Below are positions 53,862 to 64,000 of a stretch of DNA of 64,000 bases, in pieces (the first letter of the stretch is position 1; every line of letters starts with the position of its first letter). The DNA is from Clostridia bacterium (lineage in GTDB: Bacteria; Bacillota; Clostridia; Oscillospirales; CAG-272). The notes under the pieces are model-generated. The model was not told where the DNA came from. It made no database searches and saw only the letters and a program-made list of their open reading frames with translations. Where the stretch lies: assembly GCA_017508405.1 (NCBI GenBank), contig JAFVYY010000020.1:529-64528 (forward strand). The letters are read 5' to 3'. The position numbers and the translations under genes are program-made.

Positions 53862-56684
53862 TTATTCTGTACGGAGAGCTATTACGGGATCCTTCTTTGC
53901 TGCGATTCTTGAGGGAATAAGACCGGCAATAAGGGTAAGACCCATACTGATAAGCACGAGAATAATTGCGCCCGTAACGGGAAGCACTGCCTTAAGAGCT
54001 GCCAAGCCTGTCAACGCATAGAGAATTATGTTTATTATGATATTAAGAAGGAGAGTAGCTATAATTCCTATTGCACCTGCTGCAAAGCCCACAATAAGGG
54101 TTTCTGCGTTGAATACTCTTGATATGTCCTTCTTCGATGCTCCGATAGCTCGGAGTATACCGATTTCCTTTGTTCTTTCAAGAACCGAAATATAGGTAAT
54201 AATACCTATCATAATTGAAGAAACCACGAGGGAAATAGCTACAAAAGCGATAAGCACATAGGATATAGCGTTTACGATAGTGGTAACGGAGCTCATAAGA
54301 AGTCCGACTGTATCAGTATAGGTGATTTTGTCCTCGTCAGCAGTCATGGATTCATTGTATTTCTCAATTTCAGCGCTGATAATATCCTTTGCCTCAAAAT
54401 CCTTAGGATAAATAAGAATCGAAGAGGGCTTATCCTTGCTTACAAATCCGATATCGGAGAGAACATCGTCGTAATCACTTGAGCCAACCATAGTATTTAC
54501 AATATTTGCAAGGTTTGTGGGATTTGTCATAGCCTGCATCATAAGAAGACCTGCAAGGGATTTTACACTTACGTCGTCAATCTTTGTAAGCTCTGTGAGA
54601 ACGGCTGTTATTCTTGCCATGTGGGCAACGTCTGAGCCGTTGTATCCGCCGTAAGGAACGTCAATAAGAAGAGAATCCATACCCTCGCCAAGAGTAGTCT
54701 TAATAAGTTCAACAACCTGCTCGTCGGACTTGATATAATTTTCAAGCTCGGGAGATGCTGTGAACAATATATTCTTAATAGATGTTACGTCGTATTCAAA
54801 GCCTGCAAAGGGGAAGCCGGTTACGAGATTTACGTTGGGGCTTGCTTTCTGCGCGTCGATGGTTTCTGCCGTGTTGGAGTTGGTTATCATTTTGTCCATG
54901 AGACCCTTTAAGTAGCCGATAGAGCCTACTGCGCTGGAGCTCAAGGAGTCCTCAGAGGGAGTAACGATACCTACAACCTTAACGGTTTCACAGGAGTCAC
55001 TTGCAAGAATCTGGTTGATTTCATATTCAGAGCGACGAACTATTTTTCCGTCCTCAACCTTGAATTTCATTGAATCGGGGATAACCTTAAATTCGTAGTT
55101 AAGAATCTGCTCGAATGTATAGCTTGTGGGCTCGATTGTAATATCGTTTGAGGGGTCGTTATCGTAAATGGATCTTAAATAGTTCTTAAGCTCCTGTGTA
55201 TCTCTTATACCTAGAGTGTAAAGAGTAAAATCGGAGATAAGAAGGTCTTTGCCAACAATGAGCACTACCTCATTTTCATTTTCCGGGAAGCGACCGCCGT
55301 TTTCAACAAGATTATACTGGGTCTTTATGTGATTCATATCTCCAACGAGTTCAGACCACGCGGAGGAAATAAGAGAGCCTGCCGTGCCTGTGTCGCCGAG
55401 ACCGAGCTCTGCCATAAGCTCATTTATACCGCCGAGATTTTTCTTATAGGTGTATTTTACGTTACCCGCTGTATCAACGCCTTCAATAACCGTATAGGTG
55501 TTAAGTCCTGCTCTATAGCGGTACTTAATATCGATGGAATTATCCTTGAATACGGAATTTTCTTCAATATGCTGCTTAAATGCCGTTAAGTTATTTGACG
55601 TTATTCCCTTAGAAAAGGCATCCATTACGTTAAGCATAACGTCGTTTGAGTAAACCGTATTAGGTTGAGGATTTTCAATTGTCTTTTGCTCCATAAACGA
55701 GCTTAAAAGACTCATTGTATCCATAGTACTTTCGTATATTTCAATAGGATATGAGGACATTGTGTTTTCCTCGACGGAGTTAATATACGCGTTTACGCCG
55801 CTGGAAACTGAAAGAATAAGAGCAATACCGATAATACCTATGCTTCCCGCGAAGGAGGTCAGGAAGGTACGACCCTTCTTTGTCATTAAGTTATTTAAGG
55901 AAAGGAGAAGAGCAGTAAAGAATGACATAGATCTCTTCTTTTTAATCTTTTTAACAGGCTTTTCATTATGAGCATCAGCTTCAGTTACCGCCTGTGAATC
56001 GTAAGGGTTGGAATCGTCCACAACTCTACCGTCAAGAAGACGAATAATTCTGTTGGAGTATTCGTCTGCAAGGTCAGGGTTATGGGTAACCATGATAATA
56101 AGCTTTTCCTTTGAAATCTCCTTAAGAATCTCCATGATCTGTACTGATGTTTCGGAGTCAAGAGCGCCTGTCGGCTCATCTGCAAGGAGAATGTCCGGAT
56201 CATTTACAAGCGCACGGGCAATGGCAACACGCTGCATCTGACCGCCTGACATTTGGTTGGGCTTCTTATGAAGCTGGTCGCCAAGACCAACTCTTTCAAG
56301 CACCTCTCTAGCTCTTTTTCTTCTTTCCTCTTTAGAAACACCGGAGAGGGTAAGAGCAAGCTCTACATTTGAAAGAACGGTCTGGTGGGGGATAAGATTG
56401 TAGCTCTGGAATACGAAGCCGATGGAATGGTTTCTGTAGGTATCCCAGTCCTTATCCTGAAATTCCTTCGTTGATTTGTCGTTTATAATAAGATCGCCAC
56501 TTGTGTATTTGTCAAGACCGCCTATGATGTTAAGAAGGGTGGTTTTTCCGCATCCCGACGGACCGAGAATTGATACAAATTCATTTTCTCTGAATTCTAT
56601 GCTTACGTCTTTAAGCGCGCCTACAACAGTATCGCCCATTACGTAGTTTTTGGTAATGTGTTGTAATTTTAGCAAAATGCTCAC
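53862..56684 (-). CDS. Fused ABC transporter: N-terminal ATPase + MacB/FtsX-type permease with a very large extracytoplasmic domain
   Basis: 940 aa. GPSGCGKTT, LSGGQMQRVAIARAL and LLADEPTGALD, then a TM segment, about 500 aa of soluble sequence, and a C-terminal FtsX-like three-TM bundle (ERTKEIGILRAIGASKKDI). The start is uncertain: the track start at 56684 is a GTG with a weak RBS. Confidence 0.85.
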   Translation of the reverse strand: MSILLKLQHITKNYVMGDTVVGALKDVSIEFRENEFVSILGPSGCGKTTLLNIIGGLDKYTSGDLIINDKSTKEFQDKDWDTYRNHSIGFVFQSYNLIPHQTVLSNVELALTLSGVSKEERRKRAREVLERVGLGDQLHKKPNQMSGGQMQRVAIARALVNDPDILLADEPTGALDSETSVQIMEILKEISKEKLIIMVTHNPDLADEYSNRIIRLLDGRVVDDSNPYDSQAVTEADAHNEKPVKKIKKKRSMSFFTALLLSLNNLMTKKGRTFLTSFAGSIGIIGIALILSVSSGVNAYINSVEENTMSSYPIEIYESTMDTMSLLSSFMEQKTIENPQPNTVYSNDVMLNVMDAFSKGITSNNLTAFKQHIEENSVFKDNSIDIKYRYRAGLNTYTVIEGVDTAGNVKYTYKKNLGGINELMAELGLGDTGTAGSLISSAWSELVGDMNHIKTQYNLVENGGRFPENENEVVLIVGKDLLISDFTLYTLGIRDTQELKNYLRSIYDNDPSNDITIEPTSYTFEQILNYEFKVIPDSMKFKVEDGKIVRRSEYEINQILASDSCETVKVVGIVTPSEDSLSSSAVGSIGYLKGLMDKMITNSNTAETIDAQKASPNVNLVTGFPFAGFEYDVTSIKNILFTASPELENYIKSDEQVVELIKTTLGEGMDSLLIDVPYGGYNGSDVAHMARITAVLTELTKIDDVSVKSLAGLLMMQAMTNPTNLANIVNTMVGSSDYDDVLSDIGFVSKDKPSSILIYPKDFEAKDIISAEIEKYNESMTADEDKITYTDTVGLLMSSVTTIVNAISYVLIAFVAISLVVSSIMIGIITYISVLERTKEIGILRAIGASKKDISRVFNAETLIVGFAAGAIGIIATLLLNIIINIILYALTGLAALKAVLPVTGAIILVLISMGLTLIAGLIPSRIAAKKDPVIALRTE

Positions 56685-56844
56685 TTCTTTCTAAATTTGA
56701 AAATATATACATATTATATTAGTTTTTGTATCTGTAGTCAATAATTTTTTAAAATTTTTAATTAACTTATCACACAATTTTCATAAAGAACTATGGATTT
56801 GTAGACTTACTCAATTATAAAAGCTCGGAATGAGTCTTATTTTG

Positions 56845-58092
56845 TCATTCTAATTTTCTTATATGAAAATTGAGGGTGACAAGGTTGAAAACAGTTAAAA
56901 GAGCGATATTTACATCGGACACTGTCCACATAAGAGATGAGGGCACAAGTGGTGAGAGAATACAGACTGAGGCTGATAAAATAGCGAAGAGAGTGTGGAT
57001 AATTTTGCTGTTTGTAATATATGAAATGGATTTATCGCCATAGTAAAATTGCGAAATAAGAGTTGAAAAAACGTATATTAAACAGGATATTTTTATGAAG
57101 TATTCGCCGAATGCATATAAATAATGTCCGTATGCCTTCGCCACCCATTCAATAGGAGACAAATCTCTTTCTCCATAGATAAGAATAACAAGAGCGGTAA
57201 GAGTGCAAAGAATAACCGTATCAAAAAGCACCTCAAATATTCCAAGGCAAGCCTGTGTATGAGCATCGTTATCCGAGGAGGCGTGTGCAATGGGAGACGT
57301 GCCGCAGCCCGCCTCATTTGATAGCACTCCTCGGCTTACACCGTAACGAACAGCTGTCAGAATACTGAACGTGCCAACGCCCGAAAAGGCTGCCTTAAAA
57401 TTAAAGGCTTCTTTAATGATTTTTGAAAAAACCTCGGGGATGTGTTGATAATTTGTGAAAATAATGTAAAGTGAAAGAATAATATGGGTAAGAGTTAAAA
57501 ATGGGATTACAAGAGATGTTAACGTGCTTATTTTATTGACTCCCTTTCGTACAGTCAAAAGAAGTGAAACCGCAAATAAGCTGCCAATTATAAGGTAATC
57601 TACAGGAAAAACATCCTTTATTGAGTTTATTTGAACGAAATTTCCTGTTATTAAGGAGTTTCCTATGCATAAAACAGAAAAAACTATTGCCAATATTTTC
57701 CCTTTTTTGCTTGGAAAGGCTTCCTTGATGTAGTACGGTGCTCCGCCAAAAGCGACACCGTTATTGATTTTTTTGTACTTTATTGCGAAAAAGGTCTCTG
57801 CATATTTTACGCTCATGGCTACGATTGCCGATGCACACATCCAGAAAAGAGCACCGGCGCCGCCCACCGTTATGGCGGCGGCGACCCCCGCAATGTTACC
57901 TATACCGAGGGTTCCCGCAAGCGCAAGGGACAGAGCTGAAAAGCCGCCCTTACCCGACATTATGGACTTTGCCGTATTCAACGGTTTAGTAATATAAAAG
58001 AATTTTAATTTTATTCCGTAGCGTATACCGGTAAAGAGAAGAAACAAGGGAAGAAGGATCCCGCATAGAAAAAACATACCGCCATTTAGCAT
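56845..58092 (-). CDS. Alanine/glycine:cation symporter (AGCS) family transporter
   Basis: 415 aa, polytopic. LALAGTLGIGNIAGVAAAITVGGAGALFWM matches the AGCS signature region. Confidence 0.8.
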   Translation of the reverse strand: MLNGGMFFLCGILLPLFLLFTGIRYGIKLKFFYITKPLNTAKSIMSGKGGFSALSLALAGTLGIGNIAGVAAAITVGGAGALFWMCASAIVAMSVKYAETFFAIKYKKINNGVAFGGAPYYIKEAFPSKKGKILAIVFSVLCIGNSLITGNFVQINSIKDVFPVDYLIIGSLFAVSLLLTVRKGVNKISTLTSLVIPFLTLTHIILSLYIIFTNYQHIPEVFSKIIKEAFNFKAAFSGVGTFSILTAVRYGVSRGVLSNEAGCGTSPIAHASSDNDAHTQACLGIFEVLFDTVILCTLTALVILIYGERDLSPIEWVAKAYGHYLYAFGEYFIKISCLIYVFSTLISQFYYGDKSISYITNSKIIHTLFAILSASVCILSPLVPSSLMWTVSDVNIALLTVFNLVTLNFHIRKLE

Positions 58093-58183
58093 AAAATCAC
58101 CACCGAATATAATATATTCATCATGTAGAGTTAATTATATTAAGGAGGATTGTTAATTATTTGTGAACAATGATGTCTACCCC

Positions 58184-58212
58184 TTGATTTTCTATGTATG
58201 CGGGGATAGAAT
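58184..58212 (+). promoter_or_regulatory. Sigma-A-type promoter of groES-groEL
   Basis: TTGATT (58184-58189), 17-nt spacer, TAGAAT (58207-58212). Confidence 0.6.
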
Positions 58213-58223
58213 ATACAATGTAC

Positions 58224-58250
58224 TTGGCACTCACAACCAAAGAGTGCTAA
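58224..58250 (+). promoter_or_regulatory. CIRCE operator (HrcA binding site)
   Basis: TTGGCACTC-N9-GAGTGCTAA compared with the consensus TTAGCACTC-N9-GAGTGCTAA (one mismatch). It sits between the promoter and the groES RBS. Confidence 0.9.
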
Positions 58251-58265
58251 AGCTTAAGGAGGTAA

Positions 58266-60195
<1,930 letters not shown>

Positions 60196-60196
60196 T

Positions 60197-60399
60197 TGAG
60201 TTGTGAAAATCACAACTCATCGATATAAATCCCTTGTGGGATTTTCGATATGTTGCTAACGTAACTCGATATAGCTACGCTCGATATGTTTGTTTCACAA
60301 ACGAGAGATTTATATCATATCGAAACCGACCGAGAGGGAGGTTATATCGAATTTGCCGAGATGCAAATATATAGAGTCGAGCATAGCGAAACATATCGA
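60197..60399 (+). repeat. Repeat-rich structured region in the groEL 3' trailer: 4 TCGATAT and 3 inverted ATATCGA copies plus local hairpins
   Basis: TCGATAT at 60220, 60245, 60266 and 60281. ATATCGA at 60317, 60344 and 60393. Hairpins are TGAGTTGTG/CACAACTCA (60197-60219) and AAATCCC/GGGATTT (60227-60244). Nested long-range complementarity: 60245-60254 with 60390-60399 (10 bp), 60266-60273 with 60343-60350 (8 bp), and 60281-60288 with 60316-60323 (8 bp). Confidence 0.6.
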
Positions 60400-60406
60400 C
60401 GAAAAA

Positions 60407-60440
60407 ACAAATCGGCACCCTCGGGTGCCGATTTGTTTTT
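60407..60440 (+). terminator. Strong rho-independent terminator ending the groESL transcript
   Basis: ACAAATCGGCACCC (60407-60420) pairs with GGGTGCCGATTTGT (60423-60436), followed by TTTT. An A-run lies upstream. Confidence 0.85.
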
Positions 60441-60602
60441 AATATCCGACTCGGTCGACTTCATCCGTGGCAGATTTCATTTTATAGCTGTACATATATT
60501 GGAAATTGTGATAAAATATTTTTTGAGATTTTAATTAACCGATTGATTTTTTCTTTCACTATAATGGCAGAAGCTTCTAAAAACCGAAAGGGAGGTGAGC
60601 AA

Positions 60603-62159
60603 ATGGACGAAAGCAAATTTAACGAAAAGCTGACAGACGCGGCAAAAACTATTTTCTCATTTTATATGGCTAAAACATCAAACAGAGAGGATGCGGAGGA
60701 TTTGTCGCAGGATATACTGTATGAGCTTATTAAATCCTCGGGCAGTATAAGAGATGATGGCGCATTTTACGGCTTTATGTGGGCTGTAGCTAACAATGTA
60801 TATAATCATTGGTACAAAAGGAAATTAAAGAACGCAACCTATGAGCTGGATGAAAATATGGCGTCGGAGGATGACCTTTTTGATGTAGAGGGTAATACCG
60901 ATATTTATCTTTTGCGTAGAGAATTGACTTTGCTTTCTGAAAAGTACAGAAAAGCAACTATTTTGTACTATATTGATGGAAGATCCTGTCGAGAAATTGC
61001 TCAATCCTTAAATATCACGGAAAGTATGGTAAAATACCTGCTTTTCAAATCGAGAAAAATATTGAAAGAAGGAATGAATATGGAAAGAAATCTCGGAGAG
61101 CTTAGCTATAACCCTAAAACATTGCATCCAATGTACCACGGTCAGGGACCTAATCGGTTTTATGATTTTATGCAGAGCAAGATAAGACAGAATATTGTGG
61201 GAGCGTGCTACAATGACTCATTGACATTACAGCAAATAAGCCTAGAAACAGGAATACCGCTTCCGTACATTGACGATGAAGTTAAGGCACTTGAAGATAA
61301 AAAGATTATAATCAAGGAGGGTAAGCACTATAAATCAAATATAGTCATTATTTCAACTGAATGTGCCAACGAGATTGAACGAGCCGTTATAAAGTATCAC
61401 AATATTATTGCTGATAAAATGAAAGCTTTTATTGAAGAAAAGATGTTGGATTATAAAGCAATAGGCTTTATCAACAACGATTTTTCTGAGAATACGTTGC
61501 GTTGGCAGATGGTAGCCATTTTATTTAGAAAGATATGTGGTATAAATAACGAAGCAATCTCTACTCCTAAAACAGGTTGGGGAGAAAACGCTTTCCTTTG
61601 GTGCTTGGAAAAGCTTCCACAAAGCTACATGTTTAATTATTGTGGAGTAAACAGCAAGCAAGGGGATAGTATATATTTCTTTGATTATTTGGGCTCAGAA
61701 AATCGCAAAGGAGATCATCACGATTTTTATGGTAATGAACGCTACATCAATATTTTTTGTGATATTTGTCGAGACGAAAAGAAGAATTTTAGCGAATATG
61801 ACCTCGAAGCCATTGCGGAAATGATAAAGAAGGGTTATGTTGTCAAAGCGGACGATTCATTTAAAACAACTGTTCCGATCTACACAACCGAGCAATACAA
61901 TCAAATCACAGATTCTGCTGAACAGTTTGTATGTGATAGTCTTTCAACCATTATTAAAGAAATGGATGACACAACAGCTCGCATATTAAGTTCGCATACA
62001 CCTAAACATTTACAAGACCAAGTAAACGGAATCGCTGCTACTGATAAGTTTGTAAATGCAGTATGTATTCCTGCAACAATACTAGTTGATAGACGATTTT
62101 TGAGTACCTCTTGGCATCCTTTTGAAATGCCTACGACTTATGTTGTTTTGAATATGTAA
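60603..62159 (+). CDS. Sigma-70 family (ECF-like) RNA polymerase sigma factor with a C-terminal extension of about 330 aa of unknown function
   Basis: ATG at 60603 with GGAGGTG 5 nt upstream; the track start at 60543 lacks an RBS. Region 2-like: REDAEDLSQDILYELIK...FYGFMWAVANNVY. Region 4-like HTH: YYIDGRSCREIAQSLNITESMVKYLLFKSRKILKE. I recognise nothing in the remainder. Confidence 0.75.
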   Translation: MDESKFNEKLTDAAKTIFSFYMAKTSNREDAEDLSQDILYELIKSSGSIRDDGAFYGFMWAVANNVYNHWYKRKLKNATYELDENMASEDDLFDVEGNTDIYLLRRELTLLSEKYRKATILYYIDGRSCREIAQSLNITESMVKYLLFKSRKILKEGMNMERNLGELSYNPKTLHPMYHGQGPNRFYDFMQSKIRQNIVGACYNDSLTLQQISLETGIPLPYIDDEVKALEDKKIIIKEGKHYKSNIVIISTECANEIERAVIKYHNIIADKMKAFIEEKMLDYKAIGFINNDFSENTLRWQMVAILFRKICGINNEAISTPKTGWGENAFLWCLEKLPQSYMFNYCGVNSKQGDSIYFFDYLGSENRKGDHHDFYGNERYINIFCDICRDEKKNFSEYDLEAIAEMIKKGYVVKADDSFKTTVPIYTTEQYNQITDSAEQFVCDSLSTIIKEMDDTTARILSSHTPKHLQDQVNGIAATDKFVNAVCIPATILVDRRFLSTSWHPFEMPTTYVVLNM

Positions 62160-62167
62160 AACTAAAA

Positions 62168-62192
62168 ACAGCCACACCCGTGGCTGTTTTTT
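62168..62192. terminator. Bidirectional rho-independent terminator
   Basis: ACAGCCAC (62168-62175) pairs with GTGGCTGT (62180-62187), followed by TTTTT. An A-run lies upstream. Confidence 0.8.
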
Positions 62193-62207
62193 GTATGAAT
62201 TTATTTA

Positions 62208-62885
62208 TTAATAATCTCCGGGGTGAAGGTCGAGGGTTACGTCTGTTGCGTAATCGGGAAGAGAATTGTTTTCCTCCTTTGGAGGATATCCCATATATTC
62301 GCGCAGATGCTTGTCATAGGCATCCTTATAAAACTGAGTTTCCCTTACAGAATCGGTTATAACAAGGTCCTTTCCTTCATATTTGTCCGAGAAGGTAGGA
62401 TTATCTCTTTCAATTTCATATATTTGTCTGTTGCATTGTTCTAAGCTTGAGTTCAGCCCCGCCGCATTAAAGCCTTCAACTCTATGAAGCAGCAGCTCAT
62501 AATTTGCTTTGCATTTCCGTACCCTTCCGGGCTTGCTTGCAGCAATAAATATAGCGATAAACGGCGATAAAATGATATAAAGTAGCAGCCATACTATATC
62601 AACAGCTATACAGAATAAGCCCGCTATAATAACAAAGGGAACTGCTCCTGCCATTATGATGGTAACAAGCAAGCCGATGGCTGTGCTGAATACGGTTATG
62701 ATAGCGTCCATACTGAACGGAAACCATATATTATGAAAAACCTTTTTTAAGGCAGAGCTTTTTTCCTCTCTTGAAAGTCTGTTTTTGCTCCGTTGAAGAT
62801 TTGTTTGAAGGGCTTTGTAATCATTAAGCCTTCCTTCAAGGCTTTCCCTTTCCTTTCGCAGGGCTGAGTATTCGTTATAATTCAT
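62208..62885 (-). CDS. Hypothetical membrane protein (N-terminal coiled-coil-like region, 2-3 TM segments, soluble C-terminus)
   Basis: 225 aa. AAAGGGGG RBS. A hydrophobic core spans about residues 60-125. No family recognised. Confidence 0.6.
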   Translation of the reverse strand: MNYNEYSALRKERESLEGRLNDYKALQTNLQRSKNRLSREEKSSALKKVFHNIWFPFSMDAIITVFSTAIGLLVTIIMAGAVPFVIIAGLFCIAVDIVWLLLYIILSPFIAIFIAASKPGRVRKCKANYELLLHRVEGFNAAGLNSSLEQCNRQIYEIERDNPTFSDKYEGKDLVITDSVRETQFYKDAYDKHLREYMGYPPKEENNSLPDYATDVTLDLHPGDY

Positions 62886-62911
62886 ATCAGCAATCTACCC
62901 CCTTTTGTTTT

Positions 62912-62941
62912 ATTGTAGCATATAACAGGTAAATCTGTCAA
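62912..62941 (-). promoter_or_regulatory. Sigma-A-type promoter for the 62208-62885 gene
   Basis: On the minus strand: TTGACA (62941-62936), 18-nt spacer, TACAAT (62917-62912), preceded by TGc (extended -10). Confidence 0.65.
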
Positions 62942-62947
62942 CAAAAA

Positions 62948-62969
62948 AGAGAGTGCCGTGGCACTCTCT
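62948..62969 (-). terminator. Rho-independent terminator of the PEPCK gene
   Basis: AGAGAGTGCC (62948-62957) pairs with GGCACTCTCT (62960-62969). On the minus strand TTTTTTGT follows. Confidence 0.75.
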
Positions 62970-62985
62970 TTTAAGTTAATCTATA

Positions 62986-64000
62986 TTACTTGTTAAGTCT
63001 TGCTTCAAGAGCAGCAAGCTCCTCGTACATAGTAGCGGGAACTCTTTCGCCAACCTGAGCGTAGAAGGACTTGATGTTCTCAACGTCCTCGAGCCAGGAT
63101 GCCTTGTCAACGGAGAGAAGACCCTCAACAGTATCAACTGTGATATCGTCAAGACCCTCAATGTTGATGTCCTTAGCGTAAGGAACGTAACCGATAGCTG
63201 TCTCTCTTGCCTCAACCTTATCTTCGCAACGAGCGAGGATCCAGTCAAGAACTCTCATATTATCGCCAAATCCGGGCCAGATGAAGTGACCTTCGTCATC
63301 TGTTCTGAACCAGTTAACGTGGAAGATCTTGGGAGCGTTGGGAATCTTCTTACCCATGTCGAGCCAGTGCTGGAAGTAGTCACCCATATCATAGCCTACG
63401 AAGGGTCTCATAGCCATGGGGTCACGACGTACTACACCTACTGCGCCTGCAGCAGCTGCTGTTGTCTCGGAAGCCATGATAGAACCAACGAAGGAACCGT
63501 GCTGCCAGCCAAAGGACTGGTATACGAGGGGAGCAGTCTTAGCGCGGCGTCCGCCAAATACGATAGCGGAAATAGGAACGCCTGCGGGATTGTCAAATTC
63601 CTTGGAGATGCAAGGACAGTTCTTTGCAAGAGCTGTAAATCTGGAGTTGGGATGAGCAGCGGATGTGTTAACCTTATCCTTCTTGTCATACTTAGCCTTA
63701 TCCCACTTTTCGCCCTTCCAGTTGATGCAGTTGTCGGGAGCGTTGTCGTCAAGACCTTCCCACCATACTGTATTGTTATCAAGAACGTGACCAACGTTTG
63801 TAAAGATTGTATCTCTCATTGTTGTAGCGAGAGCGTTGGGGTTGGACTTATCGTTAGTACCGGGAGCAACGCCGAAGAATCCGTTTTCAGGGTTGATAGC
63901 CCAGAGTCTGCCGTCCTTACCAACACGGAGCCAAGCGATATCGTCGCCTACGCACCATACCTTGTATCCCTTGTTCTTGTAAACTGCGGGAGGAATAAGC
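62986..64000 (-). CDS. pck: Phosphoenolpyruvate carboxykinase (GTP), C-terminal two-thirds or less; 5' end outside the window
   Basis: The ORF stays open to the window edge (GFFGVAPGTNDKSNPNALATTMRDTIFTNV...). FGGRRA, HVNWFR and the C-terminal tail are typical of GTP-dependent PEPCK. Confidence 0.9.
   Translation of the reverse strand, partial: LIPPAVYKNKGYKVWCVGDDIAWLRVGKDGRLWAINPENGFFGVAPGTNDKSNPNALATTMRDTIFTNVGHVLDNNTVWWEGLDDNAPDNCINWKGEKWDKAKYDKKDKVNTSAAHPNSRFTALAKNCPCISKEFDNPAGVPISAIVFGGRRAKTAPLVYQSFGWQHGSFVGSIMASETTAAAAGAVGVVRRDPMAMRPFVGYDMGDYFQHWLDMGKKIPNAPKIFHVNWFRTDDEGHFIWPGFGDNMRVLDWILARCEDKVEARETAIGYVPYAKDINIEGLDDITVDTVEGLLSVDKASWLEDVENIKSFYAQVGERVPATMYEELAALEARLNK

Noticed and set aside
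60220-60399. Possibility that the TCGATAT repeats, or the GTGAAAT repeats at 2115-2198, are a CRISPR array
   Set aside because: The repeat units are only 7 nt and the spacing is irregular (16-50 nt). Both orientations occur and no cas genes are present in the window.
60286-60534. 82-aa ORF downstream of groEL
   Set aside because: It reads straight through the repeat-rich region and the strong terminator at 60407-60440 and has no RBS. The repeats explain the open frame better than coding does.

Overview
The window looks like chromosomal DNA from an AT-rich, endospore-forming Firmicute. spoIIR and a spoVM-like micro-ORF are present, and Shine-Dalgarno sites are GGAGG-type. My guess of Clostridia, possibly Oscillospiraceae/Ruminococcaceae, is low confidence. 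All calls come from reading the six-frame translations and the DNA by eye; no searches were run. Most of the window is well-conserved housekeeping. (1) A GH127-like glycosidase, pfkA, a CinA-C/PncC-like amidohydrolase and spoIIR. (2) A Bacillus-like yicC-remA-gmk-rpoZ-priA-def-fmt-rsmB-rlmN-stp-kinase-rsgA-spoVM block at 7.3-18.7 kb. (3) A minus-strand deoC-deoD-deoB-cdd-pdp nucleoside catabolism operon. (4) hpf, copZ-copA, a DUF1846 gene, recG and glcK. (5) hom-lysC-asd divergent from thrC-thrB-ACT. (6) A fused ABC/FtsX transporter, an alanine:cation symporter, CIRCE-controlled groES-groEL, a sigma-70 family protein with a long C-terminal extension, and a 5'-truncated GTP-PEPCK. I found no rRNA, tRNA, CRISPR or mobile element. 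The most unusual region is a seven-gene, single-promoter, single-terminator locus at about 34.55-47.15 kb. It encodes a roughly 1030-aa solute-binding protein with two tandem beta-sandwich (CBM-like) repeats. It also encodes two complete pairs of CUT1-type permeases, a 723-aa NHL/TPR/Yip1-like membrane protein and a 962-aa secreted protein with no function I can assign. The locus has no ATPase, no regulator and no recognisable glycoside hydrolase. Secondary observations include a spoVM-like 29-codon ORF missing from the ORF track and a roughly 240-nt repeat-rich structured region between groEL and its terminator. Others are a PHP phosphoesterase translationally overlapped with an unknown 356-aa protein, and a DUF5685 / cysteine-string J-protein / membrane-protein trio.
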